A stretch of 64,000 nucleotides of DNA from IMG/VR virus record IMGVR_UViG_3300046782_000608; one strand, 5' to 3'. Position numbers and translations under genes: made by a program. Shown here in pieces: positions 26,810 to 35,678 of the stretch. Below the pieces are notes generated by a model. The model searched no databases, had not been told where the DNA came from, and saw only the letters and a program-made list of their open reading frames with translations. How positions within the stretch are numbered: the first letter of the stretch is position 1; every line of letters starts with the position of its first letter. The DNA comes from a virus.

Positions 26810-27111
26810 TCCTTCTTCATTCTTCGAAAGGGAAAACCGCTGCCCGCAATTCAGCAAAGTGCGGTTTCCTGCTGCCGCGATTGGCCAAACAAACCGGGGA
26901 ATGCCCTGAAATGACTTGGATCGAGACCGCCCAAGCTCTCGCGAGCAACACCATATAAAAGTCTAAAACTGAGCCGATCAGTATAACCGGTACTTAGGCA
27001 ACAAACTTTGGGACTGAAACGCCCATTTTCGCGAACCGCGAAAAAAGTTGCCCCAAAAGCCCATATGGATGATCCCAGTGGGCTTAAGGGCTGCAAAAAG
27101 GGAGTAAATTA

Positions 27112-27342
27112 ATGGATTGGCAACCAATCACAACTGCACCCAAAAACATTTTCTTAGAAGTTTGCGGGCCGAGCGGATACATCACAGTTCCAATACGTAT
27201 ACACGTTGCGCAATTTAATACAGCCTATAAATCCTCCACCGAAGAAGAAGGGCAATGGCGAACACATTCAAATAACCATTTTACTGACGATGGAGGAGAA
27301 CCAACACATTGGAGACATCTTTCTATCCCGAACGGATACTAA
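27112..27342 (+). CDS. DUF551-like protein
   Basis: MDWQPITTAPK...PTHWRHL. Confidence 0.7.
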   Translation: MDWQPITTAPKNIFLEVCGPSGYITVPIRIHVAQFNTAYKSSTEEEGQWRTHSNNHFTDDGGEPTHWRHLSIPNGY

Positions 27343-27346
27343 TACA

Positions 27347-27877
27347 ATGTCCTCCGATCCACATTGGACAACAAAGGTAAAAGAATTTGGGCTTGAATAC
27401 ATAGCAGTTAAATTAACTTACCCCGATTGGTCTTTCGCACAAATTGCCAAAGAATTAAAAATGAGCACAACGTCTGCACGCCGAATGTTAATTGTATCCG
27501 ATCATCTTTACGATCCAAAAATCGCCAACGCCCCAAGCTTTTCTGCCGCCTATGAAAGCGTGGATTCTTACGATAGAGATTGGAAAGCCTACATAATCGA
27601 CCTATATGCCCAATACACCAAAACCGCTTCCCTAAACCCAACTTGGACACTGGAAGATTTAGCCAAATTTCTAAACAAAAGTCCTCGAACAATACACCGA
27701 ATGCTAACTGTATTTAAACACCTAGACGATCCCAAAATATCCCACCTGCCAACCCTAAACAAAGCTTACCACGAAATAGCAACCGCCAAACAAGATCGAA
27801 CGACCGAGACAAAAAATCAAATAACCGAAGTAATCAACGCAATGATTCCAACCGAAAAGCCCAGAGAACCCCAATGA
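27347..27877 (+). CDS. tandem-HTH protein
   Basis: Two repeats of W....(I/L)AK.L..S.....RML.V..HL.DPKI...P....AY. Confidence 0.65.
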   Translation: MSSDPHWTTKVKEFGLEYIAVKLTYPDWSFAQIAKELKMSTTSARRMLIVSDHLYDPKIANAPSFSAAYESVDSYDRDWKAYIIDLYAQYTKTASLNPTWTLEDLAKFLNKSPRTIHRMLTVFKHLDDPKISHLPTLNKAYHEIATAKQDRTTETKNQITEVINAMIPTEKPREPQ

Positions 27878-28068
27878 ACCGCAAAGAATCCCAAACCCGC
27901 AACCACAACATCCTCCGCCTCAAAGGAATGTATGCCAGCGCCAGAATTCTAATGGCCCCAGAACTAGCCAAAGTTGTAATGGATGCAATCGATACCCAAC
28001 TAACAAACATGGGCGCAACAACCCCGGAGCAAGATCGTATTCGGTGGCGCGAGGAACACAACCTATGA
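27874..28068 (+). CDS. hypothetical protein
   Basis: ORF track; ATGA overlap. Confidence 0.55.
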   Translation: MNRKESQTRNHNILRLKGMYASARILMAPELAKVVMDAIDTQLTNMGATTPEQDRIRWREEHNL

Positions 28069-28379
28069 ACGTCACACAAGAACTACAAAAAGCCAAAAAG
28101 CCAAACCGAGAATTAGATAAGCTAATAGCAGATATTGTATCCTACTACTACAATATCGAGAGCGAAATTCCCCGTTTTACATCTGATTATACTTTTTCAA
28201 TAAAATATATCGAAAAAAGAGGATTTGATTGGGTCATGGGAAATGTAAATGGACAAGTAGGAGGAACACCTTATGCTCATGTTGGCGTTCCATACGACAA
28301 AAGCTCTTATTCCGGAACCCCTCTATTGTCTCTTTGGTTATCGTATATAAGAACTAACTTTGGGGATGAAAGGGAATGA
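28065..28379 (+). CDS. hypothetical protein
   Basis: ORF track; ATGA overlap. Confidence 0.55.
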   Translation: MNVTQELQKAKKPNRELDKLIADIVSYYYNIESEIPRFTSDYTFSIKYIEKRGFDWVMGNVNGQVGGTPYAHVGVPYDKSSYSGTPLLSLWLSYIRTNFGDERE

Positions 28380-29587
28380 AGATCGTTCTCTGCGGCGAAG
28401 CCTGGGGCGCAAGAGAAGCAAACATGCGACACGCTCTTGTCGGTCCATCCGGTAGAGAACTTACTCTCGAAATGGGCCGCGCCGGCCTCGCCCCATTCAT
28501 GAAGATCCGCTGTCGCAAATGTAAAGAAATAACCCCCTTCACCGGCAACTTCCACTGCCCAACTTGCAACGAATACCTCGCCCCCAACGAATTCAATCTA
28601 ATGCACCATTGGAAAGAACTAAAAGCCGCCAATTACATAGCTATCACAAACGTCTTTAATGAACAACCCCCATCCAACGACCTGGGCTTCTTCTTTGGTT
28701 CCGAACGCGAAACCCCGATGCCACCTTGGAAAGCAAGTAAGAAATCTCCCGGAACCCACCTTAAGGGCGAACATTACTACCATATCCTCCGCCTCTATGA
28801 AGAAATTTCCGCATACAAACCAAACTTAGTAATCGCAATGGGCAACGCGGCCTGTTGGGCACTGCTGAACCAATCCCCAAAAATCTCCGACATGCGAGGC
28901 TATATTGATTGGAGCACCCAACTATCCGTCAAAGTTCTTCCCACTTACCACACAGCCCACGTCCTTCGAAACAATGCTTTTCGCCCCACCTGCATTGCCG
29001 ACTACAAAAAAGCCCGAGTTGAAGCCGAATTTCCCGAAGTTCGTCGCCCCGAGCGCTGGCTCAATGTTATCGATCCAACCCCCGAAGGAATTGCTGAAGG
29101 TTACGCCTGGTTCCAAAAACCCGCAACCGCCTATGCCAACGATATCGAAACATTTCGCGACCAAATAACAATGGTCGGCTTTTCCCGATCCCCCCACGAC
29201 GCCCTAATTATAGTTCTTCGAGATTTCACCGCCGATAAGACTGGAAAATATATAACCGACATCGGCCCGGCTGCCCGTTGGAATGGATTTCCCGCCGGCG
29301 CCATCAACTATTGGCCAACACCCGAACTGGAATTCGATGCTTGGAAGTTAATTCAATTCGGCCTCGCCACCCCACAAGAAAAAATCTATCAAAACGGCGT
29401 CTACGATTGTTCCCATTTCATTCGTATGGGCCTGCACCCTCGCAACGTCGCCCACGACACAATGCTTTGGTTTCATTCCTGGATGCCAGAGCAACCCAAA
29501 AGCCTCGGATATCTTGGAAGTTTATTTACCTCGGACATAGCCTGGAAGCGTATGAGAAATCGCGACTCACTAAAGAGAGACGAATAA
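28376..29587 (+). CDS. uracil-DNA-glycosylase-like domain fused to a partial 3'-5' exonuclease (N-terminal half of split PolA)
   Basis: GEAWG...LVGPSG, ITNVFNEQP, VIAMGN, LPTYH (family-4 UDG); NDIETF (ExoI), QNGVYD (ExoII), HDTML. Confidence 0.85.
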   Translation: MKIVLCGEAWGAREANMRHALVGPSGRELTLEMGRAGLAPFMKIRCRKCKEITPFTGNFHCPTCNEYLAPNEFNLMHHWKELKAANYIAITNVFNEQPPSNDLGFFFGSERETPMPPWKASKKSPGTHLKGEHYYHILRLYEEISAYKPNLVIAMGNAACWALLNQSPKISDMRGYIDWSTQLSVKVLPTYHTAHVLRNNAFRPTCIADYKKARVEAEFPEVRRPERWLNVIDPTPEGIAEGYAWFQKPATAYANDIETFRDQITMVGFSRSPHDALIIVLRDFTADKTGKYITDIGPAARWNGFPAGAINYWPTPELEFDAWKLIQFGLATPQEKIYQNGVYDCSHFIRMGLHPRNVAHDTMLWFHSWMPEQPKSLGYLGSLFTSDIAWKRMRNRDSLKRDE

Positions 29588-29588
29588 G

Positions 29589-29813
29589 ATGCCCCAAGCA
29601 ACCGAAGAACTCCGTCGCAAATGGGCCACCGATGGTGAAAACGGTGGTGTTGGCGAAGAGAAAGCAATTCAATTCCTCCAATCCCACGGCTACCATCTAC
29701 AAAGAGATTGGCGGTGGAAACTCCCCGATCCAAAGCACCAAATCACCAATGCCGAATACGAAGCCATGTGTTTCCTCGTAGATGAATGGGATTTCGGAGG
29801 AATTGCATCATGA
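29589..29813 (+). CDS. hypothetical protein
   Basis: ORF track. Confidence 0.55.
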   Translation: MPQATEELRRKWATDGENGGVGEEKAIQFLQSHGYHLQRDWRWKLPDPKHQITNAEYEAMCFLVDEWDFGGIAS

Positions 29814-30274
29814 ACCACAAACTCGATACCGACACCCAAGTTTTCTTCTACGAAAATGATTTCTACGTCCTATCAAACTTCTCCGCCTTCACGCTTCAAT
29901 GGGAAGGTATCCGTTTCGATACTTCCGAACATGTATATCATTGGGAAAAATTTCCACAACATCCCCGCATTCAAAAAGAAATTCAATTTGCAAAATCTGC
30001 CCACGACGCTTTAGATATAGCTAATTATTGTCGCAGTCTACGATTACCAAATTGGGATGATATTAAACTTGAAATTATGTTTAATATTCTAAAAGAAAAA
30101 GCACATCAACATCTATATGTCTATAAAAAGCTCCTTGAAACCGGAAACCGCGAGTTAATCGAAGACTCTTGGCGGGACGATTTCTGGGGTTGGGGACCAA
30201 ACAAAGATGGCCACAACCATCTTGGCAAAATTTGGATGGCGATTAGAGAGGATTTACGAAATGCCCAACAATAA
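29810..30274 (+). CDS. NADAR (YbiA-like) family protein
   Basis: FFY...LSNFS...TSEHVYHWEKF...ELIEDSWRDDFWG.G...G.NHLGKIWM.IR. Confidence 0.9.
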   Translation: MNHKLDTDTQVFFYENDFYVLSNFSAFTLQWEGIRFDTSEHVYHWEKFPQHPRIQKEIQFAKSAHDALDIANYCRSLRLPNWDDIKLEIMFNILKEKAHQHLYVYKKLLETGNRELIEDSWRDDFWGWGPNKDGHNHLGKIWMAIREDLRNAQQ

Positions 30275-30461
30275 ATTAATCGACATTTCCGGCGAACTCG
30301 TCGTTCCGTTCGAAACCCCGCTCGCCTATCGTTTCTACGATGGCTCTCGAACCGAATGGATACCAAAGTCTCAATGCGAATGGGACGCTTCAGACCGTGA
30401 TCCAAATATTGGAACAATGACAATGCCCGAATGGCTAGCCCAAGAAAAAGGCTTCATCTAA
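30261..30461 (+). CDS. conserved small phage protein (ET..A...WIPKSQC...MPEWLA.EKG)
   Basis: ORF track, start trimmed. Confidence 0.65.
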   Translation: MPNNKLIDISGELVVPFETPLAYRFYDGSRTEWIPKSQCEWDASDRDPNIGTMTMPEWLAQEKGFI

Positions 30462-30673
30462 TGCAAACCCAACTAACCGCTTCTGCACAACAAGCAATAG
30501 AAGAAAATTTTAAAAACACACAAGAAGCTTTCATGTTACTAGATTTAATAAATACAGAATTCCAAAGTGATCCTAATTCGATAGCATGTTTTGATACTCA
30601 GATTATAGAACGTGTAAAACGGTGCGTAGCGCGAAAAAAAGCGTTTGAAGCAACATCTGTATTTGGAGGTTAA
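30461..30673 (+). CDS. hypothetical protein
   Basis: ORF track; TAATG coupling. Confidence 0.5.
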   Translation: MQTQLTASAQQAIEENFKNTQEAFMLLDLINTEFQSDPNSIACFDTQIIERVKRCVARKKAFEATSVFGG

Positions 30674-30677
30674 TAAA

Positions 30678-30854
30678 ATGGACGACATTGCTTCCTACCA
30701 ATCATCCGAAACCGCATGGCGATACGATTCCAGAGTTGGACGATTAAAAGAGAAAATTGAACAGACACAAAACTTGCTACAAACCCTCGAAGAAGAATTA
30801 AAACAACTCGAAGCAAGACCACCACTCTATCATCTTTTCAATTGGAGTGCATAA
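30678..30854 (+). CDS. small coiled-coil protein
   Basis: ORF track, GGAGG RBS. Confidence 0.5.
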   Translation: MDDIASYQSSETAWRYDSRVGRLKEKIEQTQNLLQTLEEELKQLEARPPLYHLFNWSA

Positions 30855-30856
30855 AA

Positions 30857-31084
30857 ATGGAGGACGACGGCCACATATTCATTTGTGATCCACCGCCAGG
30901 CGGCAAATACATTCTAACCGTTCCAGGAAATTTATCCAGAGAACAAATCGAACGAATACAAGAAATGTGGAATGAAGCAATGAGCAATCCTAAAACCAAT
31001 GTCATCATCCTTGAAGAAGGAATGACAGTACAATATCTTCCCTGCTCTCCATCCTGGCCCGACGCCGAATTCTGCGCCGCCTAA
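30857..31084 (+). CDS. hypothetical protein
   Basis: ORF track, GGAG RBS. Confidence 0.5.
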   Translation: MEDDGHIFICDPPPGGKYILTVPGNLSREQIERIQEMWNEAMSNPKTNVIILEEGMTVQYLPCSPSWPDAEFCAA

Positions 31085-31096
31085 GGAACCAACCCT

Positions 31097-31735
31097 ATGA
31101 CCGTCCTCTCAGCCCAATCAATCCGAAGACTTTGCGTTCCAAATTACGTTAGAGAATACATATCAATATACCACCATAAAATTTTAAACAGATATGTAAT
31201 AGACACTTTAGAAAAACCTCTCATTGCTCCATTCGTCGAACGCGGAATCCAGAATGGTAAATCCTTCGGCCTCAGTTCTTGCACCTACGACTGCCGTATT
31301 GCCGAAGAAGAACTAATTCTCGAACCAATGCCATTTTGGATTGTCGCTGAATTTCTACAACGAATGTCACATCAAGATTTTATGCACGCCGAAGAATATT
31401 CCGAATTTAAAGATCGAATTTCAAGCACCAATTATAAAGCACTCGCCTCTACTATCGAGCGTTTTGTATTCCCAGCCAACATCTGCGGTTCCGTTCTCGA
31501 CAAATCATCCTACGCCCGCGTATTTATTTCCGCTTTCAACACCCACCTAGATCCCGGTTGGGAAGGTTTCCTAACAGTCGAACTCATAAACTGTGGCAAC
31601 ACAACCATCCATTACAAACGCGGCGATCCAGTTTGTCAAGTCAAGTTTGAATGGCTCGACGAACCAACCGATCTTCCCTATTCCGGCAAATACCAAAACC
31701 AAGAACCCGGCCCCCAATCAGCAAGACACGAATAA
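31097..31735 (+). CDS. dcd: dCTP deaminase
   Basis: GLSSCTYDCR, KSSYAR, DPGWEGFLTVEL, GDPVCQ, YSGKYQNQ. Confidence 0.9.
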   Translation: MTVLSAQSIRRLCVPNYVREYISIYHHKILNRYVIDTLEKPLIAPFVERGIQNGKSFGLSSCTYDCRIAEEELILEPMPFWIVAEFLQRMSHQDFMHAEEYSEFKDRISSTNYKALASTIERFVFPANICGSVLDKSSYARVFISAFNTHLDPGWEGFLTVELINCGNTTIHYKRGDPVCQVKFEWLDEPTDLPYSGKYQNQEPGPQSARHE

Positions 31736-31741
31736 AAACAA

Positions 31742-33247
31742 ATGATAATCGCCGGCCACCAAGTCGAAATAGCAGGCGCTACCGACCCGATCTACAACGG
31801 CTTTGACTGTTGTGGTACATACCAAATCAACGATGCCCGCGTTGAGTTACGTCAGAACGACGACCTAATATACCGCTTCGAGCGCGCCCTAATGGGCGTT
31901 ACAATGGAAATGACCTTGCGCGGCTTCCTCGTTGATATGGAAGAACGCGAGCGGGCTATCATCGAACTTGGCAACAAACGCTCCAACACCTGGACCAATC
32001 TTTCCAATATAATCTCCGCCATCGGCTGCAACTTTACCGAAAAGCTTCCCAATTCCGGTAAGCAACTCCAACACCTATTCTACGACATAATGAAGTTGCC
32101 CCAAATCAAAAAAACCACAATGGGCGAAACCAAACTTCCAATGGACCGAGCTACGCTAGAAAAGCTCGAACTTTCCGACCCTTTCGCCGCCCCGATAGTC
32201 AATGGAATTCTAACCCACCGCGACCTAGGCAAATCACTCCAAGTTCTCGAAACCGAAATTGATTCCGATTGGCGTTGGCGTTGTTCCTACAACATTGCCG
32301 GAACCAAGACCGGTCGCTTTTCTAGTTCCAAATCTCCCTTCATGATCTACAATGAAACCGATCAAGCTTGGCGACAAACCGGAAACAATTTCCAAAACAT
32401 TTCTGAAATTCTCCGTCGCGTCTTCATCCCCGATCCTGGATACAAACTCTATGGTATTGATAAAGCGCAATCAGAAGCCCGCGATGTTGGTTGGTTCCTG
32501 GGAACCGTCCTGGGAGACTGGACTTATCTCAACGCCTGCGAGTCAGGCGATCTCCATACTTACGTTACACGCCTACTTTATCCCGAATGGGCGTGGACTG
32601 GGGATCTTAAAAAGGATCGTGCAATTGCCGAGCGGCGTTTCTACCGTTTCTTCACATATCGCGATGCCAGCAAACGACTCGGACACGCAACCAACTACCT
32701 GGGCGAACCAAACGAAATCTCCCGGCAAACTCGAATTCCACTCCATCTTGTTCAAGAGTTCCAAGACCGTTACTTCGCCGCATTCCCAATCCGCGAAATG
32801 CACCAATATATCATTGCAGTTCTTCAAACCGAAAGAAACCTAACCAACAGCTATGGCCGCAGGCGTGACTTCTTTGACCGCCCTACCGACCGCGAAACAT
32901 GGAAATCCGCCATCGCCTATATGTTCCAATCCGCAACCGCCGACGCAGTTAATCTTGGTCTATACCGCCTCTGGAAATACCAAGGAACAGAAGTCCAAAT
33001 CCTAAGTCAACTCCACGATGCCATCTATTTTCAATATCCATTCTGCTCCGAACGCGAAGAATTTGACATGTTAGAAAAGGCTCTCAACAATATCCAAGTA
33101 ACACAACACTCTCGCTCTGGACGCACCATGACAATTCCCGGTGAAATAGTCGGCGGCCAAAACTGGGCGCATCGATACCGACTCCTCGCTGATGGAACCA
33201 AAGAAGATTGGAACCCCGCCGGCCTAGATGGGATCAGACTACAATGA
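31742..33247 (+). CDS. polA: family A DNA polymerase, ExoIII plus polymerase domain (C-terminal half of split PolA)
   Basis: YNGFDC (ExoIII), TKTGRFSSS, NFQNI, motif A DKAQSEAR, motif B RDASKRLGHATNY, motif C LHDA. Confidence 0.92.
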   Translation: MIIAGHQVEIAGATDPIYNGFDCCGTYQINDARVELRQNDDLIYRFERALMGVTMEMTLRGFLVDMEERERAIIELGNKRSNTWTNLSNIISAIGCNFTEKLPNSGKQLQHLFYDIMKLPQIKKTTMGETKLPMDRATLEKLELSDPFAAPIVNGILTHRDLGKSLQVLETEIDSDWRWRCSYNIAGTKTGRFSSSKSPFMIYNETDQAWRQTGNNFQNISEILRRVFIPDPGYKLYGIDKAQSEARDVGWFLGTVLGDWTYLNACESGDLHTYVTRLLYPEWAWTGDLKKDRAIAERRFYRFFTYRDASKRLGHATNYLGEPNEISRQTRIPLHLVQEFQDRYFAAFPIREMHQYIIAVLQTERNLTNSYGRRRDFFDRPTDRETWKSAIAYMFQSATADAVNLGLYRLWKYQGTEVQILSQLHDAIYFQYPFCSEREEFDMLEKALNNIQVTQHSRSGRTMTIPGEIVGGQNWAHRYRLLADGTKEDWNPAGLDGIRLQ

Positions 33248-33459
33248 GCATCTATGGTCAAATAGAAGCAATAACTCTCGAAGATCGAAACCGATCATTC
33301 ATCGAGATTTGCAACATCGCTGCAATAATTGAACTAGAAGCCAACGGTCCAACAAGATTGCTATTCGTTGGCGGCGGTCATTTAGATATTTGCGGCTCCG
33401 CAGAAATATGGCGTAGAGAAGTAGCAATTGCTCGTATAAAGCAGGAAACTCTAGCATGA
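33244..33459 (+). CDS. hypothetical protein
   Basis: ORF track; ATGA overlap. Confidence 0.5.
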   Translation: MSIYGQIEAITLEDRNRSFIEICNIAAIIELEANGPTRLLFVGGGHLDICGSAEIWRREVAIARIKQETLA

Positions 33460-33857
33460 AAACCATGGACCCCGGCCACTACTATTTCCTCAACGACTAT
33501 TCCGGAGACAACCCAAACGAAACTGTATCGTCAGAACAATCACTACATTTCATGCACCGAATTGGACCAGGCTATCCTGGAAACCAAGATTCTCCATACG
33601 ACGGAACCAATTGTCAAGAAGTAATCCGCGCTTTAATTGCCCGGTGTAAGTATTTAAATTCTCAAATCCCATGCAACGAAACCCGCTCTATAATTCACAA
33701 CCTCCGAATATCATTATGGTTATTTGAATCGCGCGCTGCAAAAATACACGGATATAAATTTGACTATCCCATTTTTACCGCTATAGAAGACATTCCAACC
33801 TGTAGAACCTGCGGCCACATAGTATGCAAACACAAGGAACCCAAGGAGCCCAAATGA
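33456..33857 (+). CDS. Tad1-like (cyclic-nucleotide sponge family) protein
   Basis: GHYY.L...QSLHF...DGTNCQEVIRALIAR..YL....PCNE...I..L...L.LFE.R follows the Tad1 GH.Y...I.F...GT..E..I..L.DR...L....PCREN......EAL.W...R pattern as recalled. Confidence 0.6.
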   Translation: MKTMDPGHYYFLNDYSGDNPNETVSSEQSLHFMHRIGPGYPGNQDSPYDGTNCQEVIRALIARCKYLNSQIPCNETRSIIHNLRISLWLFESRAAKIHGYKFDYPIFTAIEDIPTCRTCGHIVCKHKEPKEPK

Positions 33858-34045
33858 AATTAACCGGCAACATCCTATTAACTATTCAATCTACCGAAAA
33901 TGTCATCACGTCTACTTCATTTGAAATCGATGAAGTAGACATCGAATACGAATACCGCGAACTCAAAACACCAGATGGAACCGTCTACCAAAAAATACCC
34001 AAAACACTAAAAATAACCGCCAAAAAAGAACTCTCTATTTTGTAG
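33854..34045 (+). CDS. hypothetical protein
   Basis: ORF track; ATGA overlap. Confidence 0.5.
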   Translation: MKLTGNILLTIQSTENVITSTSFEIDEVDIEYEYRELKTPDGTVYQKIPKTLKITAKKELSIL

Positions 34046-34059
34046 GAAAGTTTCAGCTT

Positions 34060-35256
34060 GTGTCTTCCGATTGGATTGAAAAGTTCCTAGACCTAACTTC
34101 CGATCTCTGGTCGCCGGAAAGCTTTCGTCTATGGGCCGCCATAGGAACCATTGCATCCGTTCTCGAACGTAAAGTCTATACCGATACCGATGCATTCGAT
34201 CCGCTCCGCCCCAACCTCTACATCATTTTAACCGGCCCACCCGCAACCGGAAAAGGCCAAGTCATTACAATCGCCCGCCAACTTCTCGGCTCCGTAAATG
34301 GTTTATTCCTCGCCCCCGACAATCCCACAAAGCGAACCTTCCTAAACGCCCTCCAAAACGCTCTCCGATCCAACATGAACGGTTTCGACCCGTATTGTGC
34401 AATGACTGCCCTAGTTCCAGAACTCTCTGTCCTAATTTCCAAATACGAAAAAGATTTCGTTGCCGACTTAACTCACATTTACGACTCTCCGCAAAAATAC
34501 ACCGCTCCGCGCCAAACATCCGATGACGTGGACATTGAACGCCCCACCCTAAACATCCTCGCTGGAACAACCCCCGATGCACTAAACGACATTATGCCAG
34601 AAAACGCTTGGGGCCAAGGCTTCTGTTCCCGCATTCTATTCATCTACGGTGCCCCGGTTAAAAAGTATCGAAACATCTTCAAGAAGAAAGACAATCTCGA
34701 CACCACCGAACTAGAAAAAGATCTAGCCGTTTGGTTCAAAGATTTGCACGGCCCGTTCATTTGGGATCAAGACGCAATGGATGCCTGGGATCAATGGTTC
34801 AATGTCAACGAAATGGCCCCAGTTCCCAACTACCAGCGTCTCGTCAATTACGTTGGCCGCCGCGACGTATTTCCTCTAAAGCTCGCGATGATTTCCGCAG
34901 TCTCCGCCGGTCACGGCAACCAAGTAATGCTTTCCGACTGGAAACGCGGCCTCGGCTGGCTACTAGAAGCCGAAAAAACCATGCCCGATGTTTTCCGCGC
35001 AATGGGCCAAAAATCCGACAACCAACTCTTAATCGACATGCACCACTTCGTTTGGATACTTTGGAAAAACGAAAACGAGCGCATTATTCTTCCTGGTGAA
35101 ATATATAGCTTCTTCTCCAAACGCGCCCCAGTTGAGCGAATTCCCCATCTACTAAAAACCGCCGAACAGCGCGGCTTCCTACTCGGGGCCGGCTTCGGAT
35201 CAAAAGAAGGCTACAAACCCAACACCCCCGACTTTGTGGAAAGGAATTCCCGATGA
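34060..35256 (+). CDS. DUF3987-like P-loop NTPase (putative replicative helicase-like)
   Basis: PNLYIILTGPPATGKG, ELSVL...LTHIYD, LNILAGTTP, QGFCSRIL. Confidence 0.7.
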   Translation: MSSDWIEKFLDLTSDLWSPESFRLWAAIGTIASVLERKVYTDTDAFDPLRPNLYIILTGPPATGKGQVITIARQLLGSVNGLFLAPDNPTKRTFLNALQNALRSNMNGFDPYCAMTALVPELSVLISKYEKDFVADLTHIYDSPQKYTAPRQTSDDVDIERPTLNILAGTTPDALNDIMPENAWGQGFCSRILFIYGAPVKKYRNIFKKKDNLDTTELEKDLAVWFKDLHGPFIWDQDAMDAWDQWFNVNEMAPVPNYQRLVNYVGRRDVFPLKLAMISAVSAGHGNQVMLSDWKRGLGWLLEAEKTMPDVFRAMGQKSDNQLLIDMHHFVWILWKNENERIILPGEIYSFFSKRAPVERIPHLLKTAEQRGFLLGAGFGSKEGYKPNTPDFVERNSR

Positions 35257-35678
35257 ACGATACAATCTATTACGTAGGGGCCGAAGTCAGTTTCGAATCC
35301 AGATTTTTATTATGGAAACACTTTGCCTATGAAATGCCTCGCCCACATGCCACAATAATCTATTCCCGTAAATGGTTCCCATACAGAACCGCCAAATGTT
35401 TTCCATTAATAATCGAGCCGCCATATTGGCTTGAAGTTTTAGAAGAAAGTTTAGTACTTAGATTTGAAAATCAACGTCTCTTTGAACGATATAATGAATT
35501 AAGAAATTTCTTCACTACAGCCGGCCATGAATATTTCAAATCTCACATCACAATCTCTCCACCAATATCACCAAACAAATGGGATATAACAAAACTACAC
35601 ACACCCAGATTTCCAATAACTCTATCCAACGAATATTATGGCACTTGGAAAGAAACCTCAAAAGGAACCCTGCGATGA
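35253..35678 (+). CDS. Acb1 / T4 gp57B-like 2H phosphodiesterase (anti-CBASS candidate)
   Basis: YVGA, HATIIYSR, LEV...LVL, HITIS, PITLSNEY are colinear with T4 gp57B YVAA, HSTICYSR, LEVW...LVL, HITLS, PVVLDREY. Confidence 0.8.
   Translation: MNDTIYYVGAEVSFESRFLLWKHFAYEMPRPHATIIYSRKWFPYRTAKCFPLIIEPPYWLEVLEESLVLRFENQRLFERYNELRNFFTTAGHEYFKSHITISPPISPNKWDITKLHTPRFPITLSNEYYGTWKETSKGTLR

Noticed and set aside
26815-27095. tRNA or hammerhead ribozyme
   Set aside because: No cloverleaf with a TTC T-loop and no CUGANGA core
29588-31741. Intron or intein interrupting polA
   Set aside because: The interval holds ordinary genes with their own RBSs, no homing endonuclease, and no intein terminal residues; each half has its own start and stop
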